A DNA stretch of 64,000 nt, taken from positions 14,407 to 78,406 of the forward strand of contig CAVQSO010000012.1 in the NCBI GenBank assembly GCA_963715975.1. Direction: 5' to 3'. Position numbers and translations under genes: made by a program. This document shows, one piece after another, positions 55,111 to 64,000 of this stretch. Each line of letters starts with the position of its first letter. Position 1 is the stretch's first letter. Below the pieces are notes generated by a model. The model was not told the DNA's origin. It saw only the letters and a list, made by a program, of their open reading frames with translations, and did no database searches. This DNA is from an uncultured Flavobacteriaceae bacterium. Lineage in GTDB: Bacteria > Bacteroidota > Bacteroidia > Flavobacteriales > Flavobacteriaceae.

Positions 55111-58100
55111 TTATTCTAAAATTTGATACTCTTTGAATAAACTAAGATCGGTTTGTTCTACCTTTTCTCTATACGCGGACCAGTCTTTTGCATAAAAATC
55201 ATTGATACTCTTAATGACCGGATCCAACTTGCTATCGGCATTTTGTATCAACTGCATTTCAGTTTTACCAGGCATACTTCTTAAGGATCTCACATAACTG
55301 TTAGCCGTATACAGATAAGAAATATTTGAGGGATTTTCACTTGAAGTAATTCCCTGTCGTTTATCCTCTTTTCCCATTACCTGATCAATAAGTGAGTCTA
55401 TTGTTTTTTGAACACTGTCACTTAACTTGATCAGGTCTTTATGCAATTCCTTATCATTTTTCTCAGCTTGTTTTTTAATATCGGCCACCGTAGTTTTAGA
55501 TGATTTTAATTGCTCAATTGATCTGTAAACAAGGTCTTTCTTTTGCTCGATGAGCTTTAATAGTCTGTATTGTTCTCTTAAGACCTCGTCAGATATTTCG
55601 ATGCGGGGATCAATACCTACCTTAATTTGAGTTGAATCTTTTTGATCCTGAAAATGCATGACCAATTTGTAATCACCTGGTAATACAGTAACCCCAGAAG
55701 GTTCTCTATTTGTTTTTACGACTGATCTTGAGGGCGAAAAGGCGCCTTTTTCATTTAAACTCCAATAGGTCCTGTGAAGCCCGTTCTCTTTAGGGCTCTT
55801 AAATTTAAGGGTTCTGATAAGCGTATCTTTCTGATCGTATATGTTAAGAACAATTGTGTCCTTGGCCTTATCTTTCTTTCCCTTCACAGAGGAATCCTTT
55901 GTTGTATCTTTTGCTGTCTCCTTTGGTGCTTCTTTTTTGTTGATCACATAACTGATCATGGCACCTCTTTTGCGATTTTCTCCATTGAAAATTGCATTAC
56001 CTCCAAATCTGGAACCGGAAGGTTGCTGGTATTCCGAAATATACGCCGTTGGAGGTTCAAATAATTTCACACCTTTATTGAGCAAATCCGCTCCCTTATC
56101 ACTCATTTCCCTCAAGGGCCTAATATCATCCAAAACATAGAAGGATCTGCCAAAAGTAGCTATGGCAAGGTCATGTTCTCTTGGATGAATGACCATATCC
56201 ATAGTGGGAACACTCGGGTAATTTTCGGTCCATTTTGTCCATGATCTTCCTTCGTTCAAACTAACGTAAAGTCCATTCTCGGTCCCGAGAAAGATCAAGT
56301 TTTTATTCAAAGGATCCTGAATCAATGAAAGGCTATAACCAAATGTCTCAGATTTGTCTTTTAACAAATTTTCCCATGTTTTCCCATAATTTCTGGTTCT
56401 GAGCAAATACGGTTTAAAATCAAAGTTTCGGTAATTGTTGATCACGGCATAAGCTTCACCCTTTGTAAATGTGGAAGGCTTAATTTGTGCAACCCATCCA
56501 TTTTTGGGTACTCCGGCAAGGTTAGGACTTATATCTGACCAGTTTTTACCGCCGTCGCGACTCAATTGAATACGACCGTCATCCGTTCCAACCCATAGTT
56601 CATTCTTTTCCAGAGTGCTTGGGCTGATCGCCAGGATGGTACAATAATTTTCTGCACCTGTAGCATCCATAGTAAGTCCACCACTTTCATGTTGTTTTTG
56701 CTTTTCCGGATCATTGGTGGTAAGATCCGGTGAAATAATCTCCCATTCATGACCTTGGTTAACAGATTTATGAACGAACTGACTACCGAAATAAATGGTA
56801 TGTTCATCATGCGGATCAATGGCCAAAGCAGAATTCCAGTTGAATCTGAGTTTTACATCCGGATCGGGATGTGTGGGTCGAATAAATTTTGAGGCGCCTG
56901 TTTCTCGATCGTATCGACCTATAAAACCTTCCTGTGACATCCCATAGCCATAGCGACTATCTTTTGGATCAGGAATTACATCAAAACCATCTCCAAACAT
57001 GAGTTCCTGCCAGTATGCATTTCTAATTCCCTGAGCTTTGAACACATATGCCGGCCCAACCCAGGATCCATTATCCTGCATGCCGCCGTAAAGATTATAA
57101 GGAAATTCTTTGTCTACGTTAATGTGGTAAAATTGTCCTACCGGCAGGTTTTCAACAAACCTCCAGGTTTTACCCTTGTCTTTGGTAATATTCAATCCTC
57201 CGTCATTTCCATCTATCATAAAAGAAGGATTTTCAGGGTGGATCCACCAGGCGTGATGATCAGGATGTACACCTACATCTGTATTATAAGCAGGCATCAG
57301 TTGGTTAAAACTTTTCCCGCCATCTATACTGAAATTAATATATGTAAATACAGTGTATACCCGATACTCGTTTTTAGGGTCAACATGCAAATCAGAATAA
57401 TAGAACGGACGGTTACCAATGCCGGAAGTTCCCCGACCTGAAGAATTGCTATTGATCAATTTCCATTTGAATCCTCCATCATCAGACCTGTAAAGACCAT
57501 TTTTTTTTGCTTCTATAAGTGCATAAACCACTTTAGGGTTACTTTTTGAAATTGCCAGACCGATTCTGCCAAGATTTCCTTCAGGTAATCCGTCATCTTT
57601 GGTTTTTCGGGTCCAGGTATCACCACCATCGAAAGTGATATAGAGTCCTGATCCTTCTCCTCCTGAATTAAAAGTGTAGGGTTTTCTTCTGTGTTCCCAC
57701 ATGGCTGCAATCAGTTTGTTGGGATTGTTGGCATCCACTACCAAATCAGCTGCCCCGGTCTTATTATTGACAAAGAGGATATTTTTCCAGGTTTTACCAC
57801 CATCGGTAGTTTTAAAAACGCCTCTTTCAGGGTGTTCACCCCATGGTGACCCAATGGCTGCAACATATACTATATTCGGATTATCACGATCAATGATGAT
57901 ACGATGAATGTTCCTTGTTTTTTCCAGTCCCATCAAAGTCCAGTTTTCTCCTCCGTCAAGGCTTTTATAAACTCCATATCCACCGTTAAGACTGTTTCTT
58001 GGATTTCCTTCTCCCGTTCCAACCCAAATCACATCAGGGTTGCTTTGCTGGATGCTAATGGCTCCAATAGACTGCAAATTTTCCTTTTCAAAAACAGGTT

Positions 58101-58323
58101 TCCAGGATATTCCCTGACTTTCAGATTTCCAAACTCCTCCTGAAGCTGCTCCGACATAAATAACATTTGGGTTGTCATTGACCACGTCAATTGCCGTGAT
58201 CCTTCCACTCATTCCGGCAGGACCAATTGCTCTTGGCTTCATTCCTTTTAATTTTTCGATATCTAATTGCTGGGCCTGTCCTGCTAATGAAGTCAGAAGC
58301 AGGATAAATAATAATTTTTTCAT
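55111..58323 (-). CDS. VPS10/sortilin-like BNR-repeat beta-propeller protein
   Basis: IGPAGMSGRI, repeated S.DGG.TW Asp-boxes, HPDHHA.W, GG.QDNGS. Confidence 0.88.
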   Translation of the reverse strand: MKKLLFILLLTSLAGQAQQLDIEKLKGMKPRAIGPAGMSGRITAIDVVNDNPNVIYVGAASGGVWKSESQGISWKPVFEKENLQSIGAISIQQSNPDVIWVGTGEGNPRNSLNGGYGVYKSLDGGENWTLMGLEKTRNIHRIIIDRDNPNIVYVAAIGSPWGEHPERGVFKTTDGGKTWKNILFVNNKTGAADLVVDANNPNKLIAAMWEHRRKPYTFNSGGEGSGLYITFDGGDTWTRKTKDDGLPEGNLGRIGLAISKSNPKVVYALIEAKKNGLYRSDDGGFKWKLINSNSSGRGTSGIGNRPFYYSDLHVDPKNEYRVYTVFTYINFSIDGGKSFNQLMPAYNTDVGVHPDHHAWWIHPENPSFMIDGNDGGLNITKDKGKTWRFVENLPVGQFYHINVDKEFPYNLYGGMQDNGSWVGPAYVFKAQGIRNAYWQELMFGDGFDVIPDPKDSRYGYGMSQEGFIGRYDRETGASKFIRPTHPDPDVKLRFNWNSALAIDPHDEHTIYFGSQFVHKSVNQGHEWEIISPDLTTNDPEKQKQHESGGLTMDATGAENYCTILAISPSTLEKNELWVGTDDGRIQLSRDGGKNWSDISPNLAGVPKNGWVAQIKPSTFTKGEAYAVINNYRNFDFKPYLLRTRNYGKTWENLLKDKSETFGYSLSLIQDPLNKNLIFLGTENGLYVSLNEGRSWTKWTENYPSVPTMDMVIHPREHDLAIATFGRSFYVLDDIRPLREMSDKGADLLNKGVKLFEPPTAYISEYQQPSGSRFGGNAIFNGENRKRGAMISYVINKKEAPKETAKDTTKDSSVKGKKDKAKDTIVLNIYDQKDTLIRTLKFKSPKENGLHRTYWSLNEKGAFSPSRSVVKTNREPSGVTVLPGDYKLVMHFQDQKDSTQIKVGIDPRIEISDEVLREQYRLLKLIEQKKDLVYRSIEQLKSSKTTVADIKKQAEKNDKELHKDLIKLSDSVQKTIDSLIDQVMGKEDKRQGITSSENPSNISYLYTANSYVRSLRSMPGKTEMQLIQNADSKLDPVIKSINDFYAKDWSAYREKVEQTDLSLFKEYQILE

Positions 58324-58408
58324 GTAAGAATTGTTATGGTCTTTAAGATAGCATTGCTGCTTTTTTGGTATATTGCAAATCAAACTTACAAAGAACTTTT
58401 TGATTAGA

Positions 58409-59221
58409 ATGCATCCCAAATTAATTAAATATTCACGCCTGTTTTTATTACTGTTTATAGTAGGTAGCTTTCAGTTGAAGGCGCAGGATTATTTGCCGGA
58501 AAAGCCGACGAAACAAACATCAGTTTATGACCGGGCAGCATTTTTGAGCCCCAATGAATCAAAAAGGCTCGAACAAAAGCTCATCAACTACAGCGACACA
58601 ACTTCAACCCAAATCGTTGTAATCACTGTAAACTCTTTAGAAGGAAATGATATTGCCATGTATGCCACTGAACTGGCTCATAAATGGGGGATAGGTCAAA
58701 AGGGTGAAGACAATGGAATATTACTGTTGGTATCTAAGGAGGAAAGACGAATTACCATAAGAACCGGATACGGGGTTGAGCATCTGCTAACAGACGCCTT
58801 GGCCAGAAGGATCATAGAGAATGTGATCACACCGGCATTTAAACAAGGAAACTATTATCAGGGACTTGATCAGGGAACTGATGCCATCATACAGATCATG
58901 AGTGGTGAATACCAGGCGGAAAGATCTAATGAGGGCCCAAGGGGCAAATTTCCTGCATTTCTTATTGTGATTATTTTTATTGTGATCATGATGATCCTCT
59001 CAAGGAGGAACAGAGGAGGAGGAAAGAACGGAGGCAGAAGATCAGGAGGGTTCTCCTTATTGGATGCTATAATTTTAAGCAGTGCGGGCCGCGGAGGCTT
59101 TGGCAGCCGTGGAGGTTTTGGAGGTGGAAGCTCCGGCGGTGGTTTCGGAGGCGGTGGAGGCTTCGGTGGTGGTTTTGGCGGCGGCGGCTTTGGTGGCGGT
59201 GGAGCCAGTGGTGGATGGTAA
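58409..59221 (+). CDS. TPM domain (YgcG-like) protein with Gly-rich tail
   Basis: WGIGQKG.DNG.L, GYG.E..LTD, TM helix, GGGFGGGGASGGW end. Confidence 0.9.
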   Translation: MHPKLIKYSRLFLLLFIVGSFQLKAQDYLPEKPTKQTSVYDRAAFLSPNESKRLEQKLINYSDTTSTQIVVITVNSLEGNDIAMYATELAHKWGIGQKGEDNGILLLVSKEERRITIRTGYGVEHLLTDALARRIIENVITPAFKQGNYYQGLDQGTDAIIQIMSGEYQAERSNEGPRGKFPAFLIVIIFIVIMMILSRRNRGGGKNGGRRSGGFSLLDAIILSSAGRGGFGSRGGFGGGSSGGGFGGGGGFGGGFGGGGFGGGGASGGW

Positions 59222-59225
59222 ACCG

Positions 59226-60531
59226 TTATTTCTTTCTAAAGTAGACAACGATAGGAACACCCTTAAAATCATATATTTCCCTTAATTTATTTTCAATAAA
59301 TCGTTTATACGGATCTTTTACATATTGAGGTAAATTCGCAAAAAACACAAACTGCGGTGTTGGGGAAGGTAACTGCATGCAATATTTGATCTTGATATAT
59401 TTCCCTTTGTATGCCGGTGGTGGATTTAGCTTTATAATATCAAGCATGGTTTCATTAAGCTTACTGGTGGCAATTTTTTGCTTTCTGTTTTCAAATACTT
59501 CTACTGCTGTCTCAATGGCTTTAAAAATTCTTTGTTTTGTCAAGGCAGAAATGAATACAATAGGCACATCCGTAAAAGGGGCTGTCTCTCTTCTGATCAT
59601 GGCCTCAAATTCTTTGGTAGTATGTGTGTCTTTTTCCACCAGATCCCACTTGTTCACCAAAATAACGATACCTTTTTTATTCTTTTCAGCCAGCCAGAAA
59701 ATATTCTGGTCCTGACCTTCAAAACCTCTTGTCGCATCTATGATTAGAATACAAACGTCACTATGTTCTATGGCTCTGACAGATCTCATGACAGAGTAAA
59801 ATTCGAGGTCATCTTTTACTTTTGACTTTTTTCTGATACCGGCCGTATCAACAAGATTGAAATCAAAGCCAAATCGATTGTATTTTGTATCGTTAGAGTC
59901 TCGCGTCGTTCCTGCAATATCGGTAACTATATATCTGTTTTCACCGATCAAAGCATTGATAAAAGATGATTTTCCCGGCATTTGGTCTTCCTACCACGGC
60001 AAATCTTGGCAGGTCATCCTCTTGTTTTTCTTCCTTTTCAGGAAGTGCTTCCACTATGGCATCTAATAATTCTCCCGTACCACTTCCATTGGTACTTGCA
60101 ATGGTATAATAGTCACCCAAGCCAAGGGCATAAAACTCAACAGCATCTGCAGCGCGCTTTGAATTATCGACTTTATTTACAGCTAAAAATACCGGTTTTT
60201 TCACTTGTCTCAGTAAATGGGCAACTTCTTCATCCATTCCTGTTATGCCGCTTTCAACATCTACCATAAAAATAATGGCATCAGCCTCATCAATAGCCAA
60301 TTCGACCTGTTTGTCAATTTCAGCTTCAAAAATATCGTCACTACCCACTACATATCCTCCTGTATCAATGATAGAGAATTCTCTTCCATTCCAGTCGGTC
60401 TTACCGTAATTTCTATCTCTGGTCACACCACTAACAGCATCAATGATGGCCTCTCTTCTTTGGATCAAACGATTGAAAAGTGTTGATTTTCCAACATTTG
60501 GTCTTCCTACGATAGCAACAATGTTTCCCAT
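59226..60531 (-). CDS. der: ribosome biogenesis GTPase Der; frameshift near 59972
   Basis: Two G domains ([16 protein letters not shown] and GRPNAGKS/DTAG/NKWD) plus KH-like C-terminus. Confidence 0.95.
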
Positions 60532-60625
60532 GTTTATTTTCTATAAAATCGCTGCAAAGATAAGCTTATAAAGTCGAAATGGAAAGGGCTTATTGCGGAT
60601 TAAGAAAAAAAGTCTATATTTAGGT

Positions 60626-60695
60626 GTGAGAAGTGAGAGGTGAGAGGTGAGAAGTGAGAAGTGAGAAGTGAGAAGTGAGAAGTGAGATGTGAGAA
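60626..60695 (+). repeat. tandem heptamer repeat, 10 x GTGAGA(A/G/T)
   Basis: Counted directly: 7 gtgagaa, 2 gtgagag, 1 gtgagat. Confidence 0.95.
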
Positions 60696-60713
60696 GGGCG
60701 AGGTCAAGAAGCC

Positions 60714-60729
60714 TGCCAGCCGGCTGGCA
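60714..60729. repeat. 16-bp GC-rich palindrome (REP-like)
   Basis: tgccagcc|ggctggca. Confidence 0.7.
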
Positions 60730-60785
60730 TTCGATTCACGCATTCATGCATTATAACCATTAATCAATACAGCATAATCAAGCAC

Positions 60786-61316
60786 ATGAACCAACCTATT
60801 CATGACGATGAGTTAAATCGGATTCTTCTAAAACCCAGATTCAAATGGAAATTTAAAGAATCTGAACAGGACATTTTGCAACAGTTCAAAGAGGAACTGG
60901 CCAAGGAAGATTGCATTTATACCAGTAGGATCGTTGATCACCACATAGTCATTGATGTACCCGAAAAGGATGAACACTTCTGGTCACCACAATTACATGT
61001 CGAAATTGAAAAAGAAGGAGATTTGACTTTGGTAAAAGGAATTTTAGGACCCAAACCTAAAATCTGGACATTTTTTATGTTTTTGCATTTTATTGTGGCT
61101 ATCGCTTTTTTTGTTTTTTTCGTGATCTTTTATTCAAATTGGAGCCTTGATCAGGATTATACTTTTTCAATGATGATGTGCTTGTTAATGCCTGTTGTAT
61201 GGGTAGCACTATACTTTTTTGGTCAATTGGGCAAGAAATTTGGATATAACCAAATGGTAGGTTTGCACGAGCTGCTTCTAAAAGCCTTAAGAAACTTTAA
61301 AACGGTACAAGATTAA
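60786..61316 (+). CDS. hypothetical membrane protein
   Basis: L.PRF, HFWSPQL and G..GP.P.IWTFFMF followed by two TM helices. Confidence 0.8.
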   Translation: MNQPIHDDELNRILLKPRFKWKFKESEQDILQQFKEELAKEDCIYTSRIVDHHIVIDVPEKDEHFWSPQLHVEIEKEGDLTLVKGILGPKPKIWTFFMFLHFIVAIAFFVFFVIFYSNWSLDQDYTFSMMMCLLMPVVWVALYFFGQLGKKFGYNQMVGLHELLLKALRNFKTVQD

Positions 61317-61322
61317 AGAGAT

Positions 61323-62144
61323 TTAGTTATCGAGTATGATTCGCATTTCTTTCTGTAGTTTAAGCGCATTCTCTCTTGCCTTTTCAGCAAAATCCTGCTT
61401 TGGAAGAAGCATAAATGATCCCTCTGGAAGAATTGATGAGTAGTCCAATATCACTATTTAAGCCATATTCACAAACCCCTTGAAGATCTCCGCCTTGCGC
61501 TCCCACTCCGGGAACAAGTAAAAAATGATCAGGTACTATTTTTCTGATCTTTTGAAAGTATTTTGGTCTTGTGGCTCCAACCACATACATCAGTTGCTCA
61601 CTGTTTTGCCATTGCAAAGAGGTTTCCAGTACTTTTTCATATAAGGTCGTACCTGTTTCATCTTTTAATACCTGAAAATCCAGACCACCCTTGTTGGAAG
61701 TCAGTGCCAGCATGATGGTAAATTTATCTTTGAATGCAAGAAAGGGTTCCACCGAATCACTTCCCATATAAGGAGCTACGGTAACAGAGTCAAAATTCAT
61801 ATCTTCAAAAAATGCCTTGGCATAGCGCGTCGAAGTATTTCCTATATCGCCTCTCTTTGCATCGGCAATGGTAAAGATCGAAGGGTAATTTTCATTGAGA
61901 TAGGTAATGGTTTTTGACAAACTTTGTCCATCCTTTCAAGCCATAGGCTTCATAAAAAGCTGTATTGGGTTTATAGGCGACCGTCAGATCGTGGGTAGCA
62001 TCAATAATAGCTTTGTTAAATTCAAAAATAGGGTCATCCGTTTTTAATAGGTGCGGAGGTATTTTTTCAAGGTCAACGTCCAGTCCTATACACAAAAATG
62101 ATCTTTTGGCTTTGATCTGCTCGAATTAGCTCTTGTTTCGTCAT
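61323..62144 (-). CDS. pyrF: orotidine-5'-phosphate decarboxylase; three apparent frameshifts
   Basis: [45 protein letters not shown]. Confidence 0.92.
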
Positions 62145-62237
62145 TTTTTTTGAAAATTGATTGCTGCAAAAGTAATCAATTTATCAGTTTAGGTTATCTT
62201 TGCGATTCATTTTAATTTCAACCAAAAAACCAATTTA

Positions 62238-62997
62238 ATGAGAACTAAAATTGTAGCCGGAAACTGGAAGATGAACAAGACCTATAAAGAAACAAAGGTC
62301 CTGGTCAAAGAATTAAATCATGCTGTAAAAGAGCTTACTTTAGATAATACCCGTGTGATCATTTCACCAACTTTTGTCAATTTACAGAAGGCCTCAAAAA
62401 TGACCAAGAAATCGGTCATAGAAGTAGCAGCTCAAAATATGCATCAGGAAGCAAGCGGTGCTTATACCGGTGAAATTTCGGCCCAAATGATCAAAGGTGT
62501 TTATGTTGACATTGTAATTTTAGGGCATTCAGAAAGAAGAGAGTATTTTGGTGAAACAGATGCGCTTTTAGCTGCGAAAGTAGACGCTGCGTTAAAAAAT
62601 GATTTGGAAGTGATCTTTTGTTTTGGCGAGGTTCTTGAAGACAGAAAGAGTGGCAACCATTTTAAAGTAGTGGAAAGCCAGATCAAGAATGCGCTTGTTC
62701 CATCTTGATTCAAATGCCTGGTCTAAAATTATTTTAGCATATGAACCAGTTTGGGCGATTGGAACGGGTGAAACAGCTTCCCCTGATCAAGCGCAGGAAA
62801 TGCATGCTTTTATCAGAGAATTGGTTGCTGAAAGATACTTGAGCGATGTATCTGAAGAAGTTTCTATTCTTTACGGAGGAAGCGTGAAACCTGGTAATGC
62901 CGAGGAGATATTTTCCAAGACTGATGTAGATGGTGGTCTGATAGGTGGTGCTGCCTTGAACGTTGATGATTTTACGGCCATCATAAAGGCTATTTAA
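62238..62997 (+). CDS. tpiA: triosephosphate isomerase; frameshift near 62695
   Basis: [40 protein letters not shown]. Confidence 0.95.
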
Positions 62998-63028
62998 GGA
63001 TTTTATAAAAATCTTCAAAACTATGGAT

Positions 63029-63070
63029 CTGTGAAATCTTTTCTCTTTGAAAAGGTTCCACAGGTTTTTT
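63029..63070 (+). terminator. possible terminator after tpiA
   Basis: ctgtgaaatcttttc-tcttt-gaaaaggttccacag followed by gtttttt; imperfect stem. Confidence 0.5.
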
Positions 63071-63084
63071 AAATTCTGGAATAT

Positions 63085-63930
63085 ATGAACTATATAGGAT
63101 GCTTTTTTAAAATAGACTCAGGATCATTAGATATTCAAACTGCTATTGACATTTTGGTCGCAGAGCTTGGTCAGGTGGGATTCGAAAGTTTTACCGAAAA
63201 CCCTGATGGGGTAGAGGCCTATATCCAAAAAGCTGACTGGAATGCCAGCTTACTCGATGATATTCAGATTCTGCAGTCTGAAGAGGTAACTTTTTCTTAT
63301 GATGTAAAAGAGATAGAACAAGTAAACTGGAATGAGGAATGGGAAAAGAATTTTGAACCTATAGTAGTGGCTGATCAGGTGAGTGTCAGGGCTCCTTTTC
63401 ATAAGAATCCCGGGCTACAATACGATATAGTCATTGAGCCTAAAATGAGTTTTGGAACGGGTCATCATGAAACTACTCATTTGATGATACAACATTTGAT
63501 GGAGTTGGATCTTCATGGTAAGAAGGTTCTCGATATGGGATGTGGTACCGGGATCCTTGCTATTTTTGCCGAGATGAAAGGAGCTGCGTCAGTTGATGCC
63601 ATTGATATTGACAATTGGTGTTATGAAAATTCATTGGAAAATGTCGAGCGTAATAATTGTCATCACATATCGGTATTTGAAGGTGATTCGAGCCTTTTAA
63701 AATCTTCAGCCTATGATGTGATCATAGCCAATATCAATAGAAATATCTTGTTGCAGGATATGCCTGTCTATACGGATAGTTTAAAGGAAAATGGCATATT
63801 GCTTTTAAGTGGATTTTATACTGAAGATATCGAGAAGATCAATGCGTCTGCCGAGACAAACGGGCTGAAACAGGACAAGAAATTGACAAGAAATAATTGG
63901 GTTGGATTAAAATATGTAAATTTGCATTAG
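63085..63930 (+). CDS. prmA: ribosomal protein L11 methyltransferase
   Basis: NWN.EW, IEPKMSFGTGHHETT, VLDMGCGTGIL, IANI, LLSG. Confidence 0.95.
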   Translation: MNYIGCFFKIDSGSLDIQTAIDILVAELGQVGFESFTENPDGVEAYIQKADWNASLLDDIQILQSEEVTFSYDVKEIEQVNWNEEWEKNFEPIVVADQVSVRAPFHKNPGLQYDIVIEPKMSFGTGHHETTHLMIQHLMELDLHGKKVLDMGCGTGILAIFAEMKGAASVDAIDIDNWCYENSLENVERNNCHHISVFEGDSSLLKSSAYDVIIANINRNILLQDMPVYTDSLKENGILLLSGFYTEDIEKINASAETNGLKQDKKLTRNNWVGLKYVNLH

Positions 63931-63948
63931 AAATAGAACTCAATAGCT

Positions 63949-64000
63949 ATGGTTTATTCGACAAAAGAAAAAATTCAGGAATCTCATGACGTTGCGGAGC
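63949..64000 (+). CDS. clpS: start of a probable ClpS adaptor (truncated by window end)
   Basis: MVYSTKEKIQESHDVAE resembles flavobacterial ClpS N-termini and follows prmA; only 17 codons visible. Confidence 0.5.
   Translation, partial: MVYSTKEKIQESHDVAE

Noticed and set aside
59090-59218. GC-rich GGN repeat tract
   Set aside because: It encodes the normal Gly-rich tail of the TPM protein.
60626-60695. CRISPR or iteron interpretation of the heptamer tract
   Set aside because: Contiguous 7-mers without spacers; no rep or cas gene nearby.

Overview
Core-genome window from a Bacteroidota, very probably Flavobacteriaceae, chromosome. It is AT-rich, has TAnnTTTG -7 promoters and encodes a T9SS C-terminal-domain protein. 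It carries housekeeping genes (U32 family, pepO, ilvE, obgE-adk-hpt, secDF, fhs, mdh, gyrB, leuS, ald, trpL-EGDCFBA, thiL, brnQ, pepP, der, pyrF, tpiA, prmA, start of clpS). Many genes, including essential ones, are split by small indels, which most likely reflects sequencing or assembly error. No rRNA, tRNA, IS or CRISPR was recognised. The most striking unexplained structure is the 740-bp gap between gyrB and an OmpR-family two-component system (19483-20220). It contains two tandem, diverged, apparently non-coding minus-strand transcription units of about 210 and 225 nt. Each has an 11-bp-period direct-repeat box at the same distance from a TAnnTTTG element, a shared 3' core (UGAGGGGAAUA...AUUGCAAAU...AUUAAGyUrUUUUAAUUU) and its own intrinsic terminator. 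They are candidate paralogous sRNAs under control of the neighbouring response regulator. Other notable items are a Trp3 leader peptide with attenuator, a four-unit 11-bp-period Pho-box-like array before an orphan PhoR-like kinase, a perfect 32-bp palindrome between divergent genes, a DAACS transporter apparently fused to a binding-protein domain, a T9SS cargo plus fibre-like protein pair, and a 10-copy heptamer repeat.
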